Below are positions 1 through 12,204 of a DNA stretch of 64,000 bases, in pieces (within the stretch, counting starts at the first letter, position 1; each line of letters starts with the position of its first letter). This DNA is from Meyerozyma guilliermondii (Eukaryota). The stretch lies in the NCBI GenBank assembly GCA_051546255.1, contig CP128815.1, forward strand, positions 1,178,001 to 1,242,000, read 5' to 3'. A model generated the notes under the pieces. That model was not told the origin of the DNA and searched no databases. It saw nothing but the letters and a program-made list of their open reading frames with translations. The translations under genes were made by a program, and so were the position numbers.

Positions 1-1412
1 TGGAAGTACTAAAACCAGATGGAACCATAGTCATGAATATCGGCCAGATGGTCGGTGGGATTGGAATGGATATGGTTTGAGAGTCACTGCACTGCTATTC
101 TGGCTTGCAATTTCCAGCCTGTGCTGAGGCTTTTTTGTGGTGATACTCGGTTCTTAAAGTCGCACTCGCAATTAGTGCTGGTATGAGTTCCTTGGATAAA
201 GCGAGTACTCTCACCTTTGACTACGCAGAGAAGTAGAGGCCATGACAGCGCTGAAACAGCAATGTTGCCATGCAAGAAAAAGAAGTCACAAATCGTCATC
301 ATGGCAATGCATCTTGCCTCCAAAATTAATGGCCCAAAATGACCAAAGTACACCAGGACCGAAAGTGCAAAGCGCCATAAAGACTAAACAACAGGCAACA
401 GAAAATATGCCAGCGGCAAACACACTTAATTTGATAGCTGAAACAGCATACTGTGCCGTCCAACAGTATTGTTTTCGGCATTATCTTGGAAGGTTTCTCT
501 CCTTATTATCCTTCTCTAACCAATAGATTTCTCAGACTGAAAAGGTCTTACCGTAAGATTTGAGGTAATTTGTGGTGTCAGTGTTACAAGTATACAGCTT
601 CACACCATTGTGGCTTTTAAACTCCTTTTTAACAAAACTTTTATCCCCACCAATCATCAATCTTCCACTTTACTTTCTATATAACGACGAATACATTACT
701 CTCACATCGCTGTTTGTTATGAGCATGTCCAGCCCCATTCAACTTTTCAAAATGCCTCGTTTTGATGACCTTGTTTTAATGATGTATCGTCCAAGTCCTT
801 ATATCTCAACCACCTCAATTTAAGCGCGCCCGGGTAACCCCGCATACTCACATACCACTCCGCTTCAAGTAATAGATAACAACCAAATGGTAGGTTGATT
901 TGGGTCACACAACGAGTTTTTACTAACTTTAGATTACGAGAGCAATTCATATCACTGCTGACTTGGTTCTTGTGTCGGCATTTCTTGCTGGAGTGAAGCG
1001 GAATACCGGATTGACGTAAGTTACATTTTGCCATCAATTGACTATCTTTGAGAAAAAATGCATTTATTTGTGTTTCGAACTGATTACTAACTCAGACCAA
1101 ACCTCGATAGCATCGAAAGCGAAAACATCAGGTACTACTCTAAGAAGTACTTGGACATAGGCGATCTGATATTCGACTATAGTGCTGCTTATTTTGGAGG
1201 CTCTGGCTACTTTGTTAGAAAGTAGTGTAGGTTTGGGATATCAGTAAATAGTGATAGTTTAAGTTATAGTGGATACTTAATGGAAATATGATGGAAACCA
1301 ATGAATTAATGGAAGTTGTAAGTTTTAATTACAGCCTTTGAGTTAATGGAATAATAATTATGATGTTAACGATTCTATATAACGTACAACTAGGAAGAAA
1401 ATAAGCGCACAA

Positions 1413-3799
<2,387 letters not shown>

Positions 3800-4361
3800 T
3801 GTATAGTAGTTCGCAAAATGTGGGCGAAAGAACTTTTATACCCGATTTGAGATTAATTAGAATGAGGTAAACAATTGTGCGGCGCGCAGCATCACTGAAA
3901 ATGCCAATAGCAAAATTAGGCAAGGCGTAGACCCGAGGTACATGCAAGCTTTGTAGCGGTATTATTATAGAGGTGAGTGTAATTGGTTACTTGAAAGTTA
4001 TTTTTAGGTATCTTCATTCTAATAATATTATCAAGTTTGCAATCTCGGCTGTGCACGCAGGGGGTCCTAGAGAGTTCGAGACTATTTTTGGCGCTGCATA
4101 GAGTTATGAGACGGTATGCGTAGTGAAACAGACAGCGCGTAGGGTGGGTATAGGTGAGCACGGTGCGTACATGTAGGTCCAATTGAAGCAGACGGATAGA
4201 AAAGGCTGCGGTTGGTCCACATTGGTACAATTTGTAGTTTGACGTATCGTGGCGGAACTCACCTTTTGGTTCACGTCCTGCAGCCGGGAAACTCTTCTGG
4301 CCTTCCAGTTGCCGCAATCGCGCGACGGCACATTGCTGCGTGCGAAACCAATAGTAACCTG

Positions 4362-5441
4362 ATGTTCTCTATCAAGCTACCTCTAGTGGGTTCCTTGAAG
4401 GCATTGCGACCAAAATCGCTCATATATATAGAACGCTTCGTGCTGACTGCAGCAGCTACAAAGACAAAGAAGAAAATCAATTCTCCTCTTCAAAATCTTC
4501 GTCGTTCGACTCCGTCTGACAATGGTAATTTGACCCATATACTCTCGCTCTTCAATAAAAATGGAGCAGAAGATGCAAAATTGGAAAAGTACCTTTCGCC
4601 GGTAGCCTGTGTCACCGTGGGGGATGCCTTTGACCTTGGTAAAGTCCGACTGCTTCTCGGCAATGAATGTCAAAAAAGAATGGTGATTCCCGATGAGGTG
4701 TGTGCTTTTCAAGTGGATTCCAAAACGGTGATGGTTTTGGCCAATGGATCCGTAGTGGGCTGGGGAACACCCGAGGATCGGTTGGAGTCTGATATAATTC
4801 CGAAACTAAGGTCAGCAGTAATCGAACCTTGCGTGCCGGAATCCGAGGAGATGGACTGGATCGACCTCGGCTACATTCCCGAAAAACCGCCAAACTACGG
4901 CAACTCGTATATGCAAGGAGAGATCATGGTTCTCCAGGGCGATAACGAAGACAAAAAACTCTTGGATATGGCTGCGTTTGCAATTGGTCTTTCACGGTCG
5001 ACCCGGCTCTCGATCCTCGAAAATGCCTTGGAAAATCACATCCAGTTGACGAGAAAAAACTCAATTAGTCTTTCTAAGGGCCACAGTATAAGCACCAACG
5101 AACATGATGTTCTCAAGCTTACCGGAAGCCTCTTTCTTCTCCGTGGTAAACTCAACCTTTACAGTGAACTTATAGAAACCCCCGACGTTTACTGGACAGA
5201 ACCCACCTTGGAGAAGATTTATGAATCGATATCCAGAGCCATGGATGTTCCTTCGCGAATCTCGATTCTCAATCGGAAACTCGATTATGCAACCGACGAG
5301 CAACGTGCGCTTCTTGCTGTTCTCAACGAGAAAAAATCCACCCGCCTCGAATGGATAATTATCATCCTCATCATGGTCGAGGTGGTGTTTGAATCGTTCC
5401 ACTTTTACGAGAGCCGACAGTCCCACAATGAAACCGCCTAA
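4362..5441 (+). CDS. DUF155 family protein (RMND1/Rmd1/Mrx10-like), probably mitochondrial
   Basis: First ATG at 4362. Basic presequence-like N-terminus, LNLYSELIETPDVYW and ILNRKLDY motifs, and C-terminal RLEWIIIILIMVEV transmembrane segment. Confidence 0.85.
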   Translation: MFSIKLPLVGSLKALRPKSLIYIERFVLTAAATKTKKKINSPLQNLRRSTPSDNGNLTHILSLFNKNGAEDAKLEKYLSPVACVTVGDAFDLGKVRLLLGNECQKRMVIPDEVCAFQVDSKTVMVLANGSVVGWGTPEDRLESDIIPKLRSAVIEPCVPESEEMDWIDLGYIPEKPPNYGNSYMQGEIMVLQGDNEDKKLLDMAAFAIGLSRSTRLSILENALENHIQLTRKNSISLSKGHSISTNEHDVLKLTGSLFLLRGKLNLYSELIETPDVYWTEPTLEKIYESISRAMDVPSRISILNRKLDYATDEQRALLAVLNEKKSTRLEWIIIILIMVEVVFESFHFYESRQSHNETA

Positions 5442-5785
5442 TGCACCTCGTACCTTCGCTGCAGCGGTTACTCACATACTATGCAGGCTCGGTAACTGCT
5501 AAAACTGCCCGATTGGGACCCCAATCGTCCTCAACGTACATGTAAATAGATCCGGAGTTGATACTCTAATGCACATTGAAACGAACCTCATGCACGAAAA
5601 TACACACATTCACACAATTGAAGGCCCATTTGGTTAGGATCACTTTCCTTTTTGGGTCCACCACATGTTTGAGATTCCTCCCAATTCAACATCAAATGGG
5701 CAGATTTCGAGACAAATGACTTAGCGTTACGAACTGCTTCAAACATGGCAATATATAAACATGGGTGATGCGTCACTGTTTCTCC

Positions 5786-8206
5786 ATGATGTTACTTTTG
5801 TTTTATGTTTGCTTTGCGACAGTAGCACTGGCTGCAAAATTGTCCAATGTTTGGACTCTGCTTTCAATTACCAGCCCTCAAGGTAATCGTCCTCAGGATA
5901 TCCATTCCGCTAGCTTGGGGTGGAAGATTGCAACTGCCGATGCCTCTTCTGGAGACACTTTTGATATCATTATGCCTGGAGTATTTCGTACAAAGTTTGG
6001 TGAGCAACAGCTTAGACTCGTTGTAGACGATACTACTTATGCCTTGTGTGATGCTTGGGATGGCTCGTATATCACCGATTACTCGAGTCTTCTGTGTACA
6101 GTGACTAGTGCTGTGAATACTGATCGTGACATTACCGCAACCGGAGTTGCTACCTTTGACTTTGTGTTTGGTGCCGGTGGATCTTCAAGATCTTCTGACC
6201 TCTACGAAGCCAGTCTTTATCACGCTGGAACAAATACCATCAACTGGAGTGGACTTTCAACCACTGTGGATTTTGTTGGAGGACCATTTTTCAACGAAAA
6301 TGATAATGATGGTTTGGTCTACTATTCGAGATCAACTCCTCAGCTTAACGAACAGTTGTATGTTTTGTCAGCCTCTTGTCCAGCTGGAATCACCTCAGGA
6401 TACACAATTGCTACTTTTGAAAACGACTACGACTGCTCTGAATTCAGTCTTAAGATGACCAAGGATTTGAATGACTTTTATCTTCCTGAAGGTTATGAAG
6501 ATGTGCCTCTGCTGCAAGTTCTTTGTCAAAGTGGTCGTATTGTTGGAAGTTTCTCAAATGTCCCCGCCGGATACAGAGTGTTCTTACAAGGATTGTACAG
6601 ATACCCATTGACCTCGGATACTGTGTACCACAATTTTGGAGGAAACGTACAATGTCTGTCGGGACAAACCAAAACCAACAATTATGGAAGAGAAATTGTT
6701 GTCATTACTGGTGACTCCGACTCCACTGGAAATTCAAAGGAAATCATAGTCACCACCACCACTTGGACCGAAACATATACCACCGTCACCACCCTTCCAT
6801 ATGAGTCTACTGCCAGTACCATTACCATTGTGGTAGAGGTTCCTGATACAGACAGAACTACCACCACTACAACGTTTACTCTGCCATGGACGGGATCTTT
6901 CACGACCACAAAGACATTGCCTTATGAGACAGAAGGTCCAACGGTGACAATCACTGTCGAAGTCGATGTGCCTACGCTGGCCAGCGAGAGTTCTTCGAGC
7001 TCTGAGAAATCTAGTCTGATTGAGTCGAGTTCCAGTTCTTTGAGTTCTTCAAGTTCTTCAAGTTCCGTCGAGGTGAGTTCTGAGGTTTCTTTAGCCACTA
7101 CCACAACAACCACAACCACCACTTGGTCCAATCCTTATACTTCAACCACAACGTTGCCAATAACTTTCGGTGCCACAGAGGTGACTGTTATTGTAGAGGT
7201 TCCTGAGCTTACAACAACTACCACAACTACCACCACCACCTGGCTGAATCCATATACTTCTACCACGACGCTTCCAATTACTTCGGGAGCAACTGAAGTT
7301 ACGGTTATTGTCGAGGTTCCTACTGGAGGATGGTCCAATTCCAGTATTTCGTCAACGCAAACATCTAGCGTTTCGAAGACATCAATTGAGTCTTCTTCAA
7401 GTTTGACCCTGGAGAAATCTGAGGCCCCAGAATGTGAGACATGCACCCTTACAAGCCATGAAACTGTTTCGACCACAGCTACTATCCCTTGTGAAGAGTG
7501 TCACAAGTCGCTGTCGGTAGCCGAAACGTCCCAGACTCAAGAGACTACTGAAGAGACTCAATCGACGACAGCCGAAACCCATAAGACAACAGAAACAGAA
7601 CACTGTGATGAATGTGAAGCAACTGAGACCACTCCTTTGGAGCTGACGGAAACTTCTGTTCCTCTATTGACCACGACAACGCCAGAAACACCAGAAGAGC
7701 CTGAAACAACCGTACCAGAAAAGCCTGAAACCGAAGTTCCCGAGGAGCCTGAGGAAACAACAACTCCAGAGGAGCCTGAGATCACAACCATTCCAGTAGA
7801 GCCTGAGATAACAACAGATGAGCCCGAGGTGACAGATGAGCCTGAGGTGACAATTTCGGAAATTCCAGACGAGCCAACAGAAACGGAGACAGAAGAAACA
7901 GTTCCAGAAACAGAGTCGGTAGAACCAGAGGAGACAGCAGAGCCCGAAGCAACAACAGAAGAGGAATCAGAAGAAACATTGCCTCCTCAATTTGCTGTTT
8001 CTGAATTCACATTCGAATACAATACTGACGATTTTGCAGCAAGTCCTACTGAGACAGAAACCGAAGTTCCAGTAACTGAAATTCCAATTACTGTAACTTC
8101 GGTTGCTGCCGAATCTATTACTGCCTGTAGTGTGTCTGTGTATAGCGGTACAGCGTCAAAACTCGTCCCCTCATTGATGGTGATTCTACTCACGTTGTTA
8201 GTTTAG
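5786..8206 (+). CDS. ALS-family (agglutinin-like) GPI-anchored adhesin
   Basis: Signal peptide, Als N-domain motifs (LGWKI..GDTF.I.MP.VF, YALC, CTV, GYRVFL), Thr-rich ~36-aa repeats ending VIVEVP, Glu/Thr/Pro stalk and hydrophobic GPI tail. An alternative in-frame ATG lies at 5768. Confidence 0.88.
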   Translation: MMLLLFYVCFATVALAAKLSNVWTLLSITSPQGNRPQDIHSASLGWKIATADASSGDTFDIIMPGVFRTKFGEQQLRLVVDDTTYALCDAWDGSYITDYSSLLCTVTSAVNTDRDITATGVATFDFVFGAGGSSRSSDLYEASLYHAGTNTINWSGLSTTVDFVGGPFFNENDNDGLVYYSRSTPQLNEQLYVLSASCPAGITSGYTIATFENDYDCSEFSLKMTKDLNDFYLPEGYEDVPLLQVLCQSGRIVGSFSNVPAGYRVFLQGLYRYPLTSDTVYHNFGGNVQCLSGQTKTNNYGREIVVITGDSDSTGNSKEIIVTTTTWTETYTTVTTLPYESTASTITIVVEVPDTDRTTTTTTFTLPWTGSFTTTKTLPYETEGPTVTITVEVDVPTLASESSSSSEKSSLIESSSSSLSSSSSSSSVEVSSEVSLATTTTTTTTTWSNPYTSTTTLPITFGATEVTVIVEVPELTTTTTTTTTTWLNPYTSTTTLPITSGATEVTVIVEVPTGGWSNSSISSTQTSSVSKTSIESSSSLTLEKSEAPECETCTLTSHETVSTTATIPCEECHKSLSVAETSQTQETTEETQSTTAETHKTTETEHCDECEATETTPLELTETSVPLLTTTTPETPEEPETTVPEKPETEVPEEPEETTTPEEPEITTIPVEPEITTDEPEVTDEPEVTISEIPDEPTETETEETVPETESVEPEETAEPEATTEEESEETLPPQFAVSEFTFEYNTDDFAASPTETETEVPVTEIPITVTSVAAESITACSVSVYSGTASKLVPSLMVILLTLLV
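7097..7321 (+). repeat. Two near-identical Als-type tandem repeats T9-10-W-S-NPYTSTTTLPIT[F/S]GATEVTVIVEVP
   Basis: Units at 7097-7204 and 7211-7321; two more diverged units lie at about 6750-6975. Confidence 0.9.
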
Positions 8207-8327
8207 TTTACATAGTTAGTATATGCAGTCAATCAAAAAGGAGCAGCTGCAACTTGCGGCGTCCCCTCGCTCCTGCACACCGCCCGAGCCGTTACCGGGA
8301 ACTGGCGCCAATCATCTGGCGCTATTC

Positions 8328-8556
8328 CTTATCACCCAAATATATGCAGGCCCTGACCTACCCTTGGCAGTAGATGATAAACGATTGTGACCAATTGTCT
8401 TGGCTTTAAATCAATGCATACCAAGACTTTTCGTCGCCTGAAATATGCACCAAGCTGCGGCACCGTCTTTTCTGCAGTTTCCCCAGAATTTTTTCTTTTA
8501 AGCTCACCGATAAGGGTCTCTCGGTTGCTGCACAGGAGGGCGCGCCGGCTGATAAG
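8328..8556 (+). promoter_or_regulatory. GATA-site cluster (nitrogen catabolite repression) upstream of the MEP gene
   Basis: CTTATC at 8328, GATAAA at 8376, GATAAG at 8509 and 8551; these match Gln3/Gat1 sites typical of MEP promoters. Confidence 0.65.
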
Positions 8557-8895
8557 ACACATCGATAGCGAATGCGAGCGCGCGCACGCTCGTAACCAGG
8601 AAAAAACATTTCGTTTTCTTTTCAGATGCGCCTGCAGGGCGTTCCACGATGACGACTTGCAGCCGAGCACAATTATAAGGTGGGCGTAACCGGAACCGAG
8701 AAATTTTTCCAGGTGCTCATCAAACATTTAAATTTGCTTAGCATATTTATAAAGCTAACATAGAGCAATAAGAATAAGAAGGATTAACAAGAGCCTAAAA
8801 GCATTTGACAGAACCATTTGTCAAAACCTATTGTTTCATTTTTTGGATAAACATTTCATATATTATTTGCTAAATTAGCTTCGTTCACATCTCCA

Positions 8896-10359
8896 ATGCT
8901 TAGTAGGAGAAAGCTCTTCGCAGAAGACAAAGAGTACAATGAAAGTTTGGTGTTGTTATTCACCATTGCCAGTTCGATGATTTGGATCATGGTGCCCGGT
9001 TTGGCATTTTTGTATTCGGGTTTGGCCAGAAGAAAAAGTGCATTATCCATGATATGGGTCGTCATAATGGGTACATTTGTGGGATGTTTCCAATGGTACT
9101 TTTGGGGTTATTCGCTTGCATTTGCACCATCTTCCAATAACTTTATTGGCGACTTGACATACTTTGGTTTCAAAGGACTTTTGGGATTATCTGAGCTTGC
9201 CAGTGATTATCCCGAGATTGCATTCGCCATCTTCCAAATGCAATTTATGGCGGTCACCGTGGCAATTTTGGCTGGTGCCCTCGTGGCGGAAAGAGGCCGG
9301 TTTCTTCCATCATTGGTGTTCATCTTCTGCTGGGTCACCATCGTATACTGCCCAGTGGTACACTGGATATGGGGTGGCGGATGGGCTTCTACCTGGCGAG
9401 GCGGTGCCTTGGATTACGCCGGTGGAGGACCAGTGGAAATTCTTTCCGGTGTTTCGGCTTTCGTCTACAGCGCATTCTTGGGTAGAAGAAACGAAACTTT
9501 AATGATCAACTACCGCCCTCACAATATCTCCACAATATTCTTGGGAACCGCTCTCCTTTACGTCGGATGGCTCTTTTTCAACGGGTTCTCGTGCTTAAAT
9601 GCTTCAGCAAAAGTACCATACTCAATGATGAACACCCACTTGTGCGGAGCATTCGGAGCCATTTCTTGGTGTTTGCTCGATTTCCGGTTGGAAAAGAAAT
9701 GGTCCATGGTCGCCGTCTGTTCTGGATGTATTTCCGGTCTCGTTGCTGCCACTCCATCATCAGGAATGATCCCATTGTGGGCATCGGTAATCTTGGGTAT
9801 CACCGCCGGTATCGTGTGTAACTTTTCCACCAAAATCAAGTACATTTGTGGAGTCGATGACTCACTTGATGTGTTGGCAGAGCACGGTATCGCAGGTATC
9901 GTTGGTTTACTTTTCAATGCAATCTTTGGCTCATCTACAGTCATTGGTTACGACAATGTTACCGACCATGCGGGAGGCTGGATCGACCACAACTGGAAGC
10001 AATTGTACGTTCAAATCGTTTACATTCTTGCTACCGCTGCCTACTCTGGAGGAGTTACAGCTGTGCTTTGTTTTGTCATAAACAAGATCCCAGGTTTGCA
10101 TTTGAGAATAGACTACAATGCCGAAGAAGTTGGTGTTGATGAGGACCAAATTGGAGAATTTGCATACGATTACGTTGAGGTAAGAAGAGACTTTTTGGAC
10201 TGGGGAACTCCAACTGTTGCCAAGGAAGAAGGAGAAATGGCACAATCCGTCAATGAACCAACTGACAACGAAGTCAGCGAGGAAGCAGTTTACGAAGGAG
10301 TAACTACAAGTTCACAGGGTTCGGTACTGGGAACACAAGTCAACGAGAAACAGGATTAG
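8896..10359 (+). CDS. Ammonium transporter, Amt/Mep family (Mep1/Mep3-type)
   Basis: MVPGLAFLYSG, AERGR, DYAGGGPVEILSG, VDDSLDVLAEHG and GVDEDQIGEFAY motifs with many hydrophobic segments. Confidence 0.95.
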   Translation: MLSRRKLFAEDKEYNESLVLLFTIASSMIWIMVPGLAFLYSGLARRKSALSMIWVVIMGTFVGCFQWYFWGYSLAFAPSSNNFIGDLTYFGFKGLLGLSELASDYPEIAFAIFQMQFMAVTVAILAGALVAERGRFLPSLVFIFCWVTIVYCPVVHWIWGGGWASTWRGGALDYAGGGPVEILSGVSAFVYSAFLGRRNETLMINYRPHNISTIFLGTALLYVGWLFFNGFSCLNASAKVPYSMMNTHLCGAFGAISWCLLDFRLEKKWSMVAVCSGCISGLVAATPSSGMIPLWASVILGITAGIVCNFSTKIKYICGVDDSLDVLAEHGIAGIVGLLFNAIFGSSTVIGYDNVTDHAGGWIDHNWKQLYVQIVYILATAAYSGGVTAVLCFVINKIPGLHLRIDYNAEEVGVDEDQIGEFAYDYVEVRRDFLDWGTPTVAKEEGEMAQSVNEPTDNEVSEEAVYEGVTTSSQGSVLGTQVNEKQD

Positions 10360-10418
10360 AACTGGAAGCAGCAACAAAAGGATAAAATCGTAGCATTAAT
10401 AGGGTAGGAATTGAAACA

Positions 10419-11705
10419 TTATAAACGCAGTTTCAGAGAAAAGTAATCGTGAAAAGCTGCCTCGAGCAACTTGCAACAAGTCACATACTCCTCAAGCTCA
10501 TTATATATCTGGCACGAAAACCGACAATAGAACTTGCCGTGCACAAATAGCTGGAGGTAGGTTTTATCATTGTAAGCCATTTGGTACTGAATAGTATCCA
10601 CGCATTTCTTAACTTCTTTCAAATCTGTAACGTTTAATCCCTTGCTTCCAACATCTTTGGCAAACGTATCTATGGGAACCTCTATATTTATCATAGCCGT
10701 GATCAACGACTTGGATTGATTTTCTATGATTTGAGTTCCGGGCCATACTTTTTCGGTGATTTTTTGGCCGACTTTTAAGCAGAGTTCATGGCAATATTTG
10801 GCGATAGCCTTCTCACCGCCTATTGATTTTCTGAACTCAATTGCTGGAACGATACAAGATATCAGAGCATATGTCTTTGACCCCACAAAATTGAATTTGT
10901 CAATGAATCGATTCTTTATATCTTCTGGATCCAATCCTGATTCGGTCTCTTCGTCAAGATACGAGTGACTGATAGGCATAGTATGAATCTTACCTTGAAG
11001 ACGAGGGTCAACATAGAGCACCGCACAGCCTCTGGGAACGTAAAGCCATTTGTGCAAATTGGAAGCGTATACATCGGGCTTCAACTTATCCAAATCGATA
11101 TCGATGAGACCTATGGAATGGGCACCATCGATCAACGATATCACATCGAATTCACGACACAAAGCAACCAACTTTTCAAAGGGGAATCTTACCCCAGGAA
11201 CCGAGGTTATTGTATCAAATAATGCCAACAGTGGACGAGCATTCTCAAACACTGCTTTGTATTTTTCAATAATCTCATCATCCTCTACTGGGTAATTGAC
11301 TTCCACAACTATGATTTCCACACACACTCTGGCCTTCAAGAACTCCACAACGTGAACACAACTGTCATAACCAGTACTAACCACCACAACTTTGTCTCCT
11401 TTTTTAAAAGGGTAGGATCGGAGAACAGTATTGACTCCGGTTGTAGTGTTATCAACAAGGGCCAAATTGCGATAATCTGTATTGAGGAAAGTTCCTAGTG
11501 CTTTCAACAGCGCAACATAGTCATTTTTAAGTTCAAACCTGATATACCGGTCGGGAAACTCGTGATCGTGATTCAAAGCAGAAATATATTTTTCATGAAT
11601 AGGAGTTGGAGTCAAGCCGTATGAGGCATGGTTGACGGGAATGACATCTGGAGCAAGTCTGTCGAAGTATTTTTTGCGGAATTCATGACCAAAAGGAACC
11701 GTCAT
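10419..11705 (-). CDS. Class-V PLP-dependent C-S lyase (Egt2 / L-cysteine desulfhydrase-like)
   Basis: NHASYG, NTTTGVNTVLRS, IDGAHSIG, PLP-lysine motif SNLHKWLYVPRGCA, and RFSCQIYNE. Confidence 0.85.
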   Translation of the reverse strand: MTVPFGHEFRKKYFDRLAPDVIPVNHASYGLTPTPIHEKYISALNHDHEFPDRYIRFELKNDYVALLKALGTFLNTDYRNLALVDNTTTGVNTVLRSYPFKKGDKVVVVSTGYDSCVHVVEFLKARVCVEIIVVEVNYPVEDDEIIEKYKAVFENARPLLALFDTITSVPGVRFPFEKLVALCREFDVISLIDGAHSIGLIDIDLDKLKPDVYASNLHKWLYVPRGCAVLYVDPRLQGKIHTMPISHSYLDEETESGLDPEDIKNRFIDKFNFVGSKTYALISCIVPAIEFRKSIGGEKAIAKYCHELCLKVGQKITEKVWPGTQIIENQSKSLITAMINIEVPIDTFAKDVGSKGLNVTDLKEVKKCVDTIQYQMAYNDKTYLQLFVHGKFYCRFSCQIYNELEEYVTCCKLLEAAFHDYFSLKLRL

Positions 11706-12054
11706 GTTAAGTGATCAAATGTGGCTCTCCGCTATAAATGAAGTCGCAATGCAATTATGCGGCTGAAAATGGCTGCGAACAAATTGAAATAAACGCCAAT
11801 TCACTGAGAGGGTTGAAACGAGATTAAAGATCAAACTAAAGATTGCTACTAGTCTTATCACGGCGGACTATATACTAATTACAGTAACTTCTAGGTATTT
11901 GCCAAAATGTGAAAATTTGCAAAATTTGCAAAGAGCCTTTAATGTAATCTCATTCTATCACCAGCTTCTATCATAATTTCTAGTATTCTTAAAAATCTTG
12001 TATTATCGTAGTGCTACTCCTTCTCATCCCATTTATTACATTGCTTCGGGCAGC

Positions 12055-12159
12055 GCCGGTACCGGCTTTCACGTGACCATACCCCAGACTGGCAGCCTCT
12101 ATTACTTAATCGCATCTCCGCTCGTGCGGTGATGGAAAAAAAAAAATTGGCGTGAGTCA
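12055..12159 (+). promoter_or_regulatory. ILV2 promoter module with Leu3, Cbf1 and Gcn4 sites
   Basis: GCCGGTACCGGC at 12055-12066 (Leu3 CCGGN2CCGG), TCACGTGAC at 12069-12077 (Cbf1), an A-tract at 12136-12146, and TGAGTCA at 12153-12159 (Gcn4). Confidence 0.8.
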
Positions 12160-12204
12160 GCGAACATTTAAACTTGTGTTGATCCCAATCCAAAAAAAAT
12201 CAAC

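Noticed and set aside
1..1037. Short ORFs at the window start (84..353, 242..526, 572..823, 747..1037) and frames running off the edge
   Set aside because: No recognisable motifs, mutual overlaps, and mostly non-ATG starts. A gene truncated by the edge cannot be assigned.
8332..8727. ORFs of 67-131 aa between the adhesin and MEP genes
   Set aside because: They overlap the GATA-rich MEP promoter and show no protein-like features.
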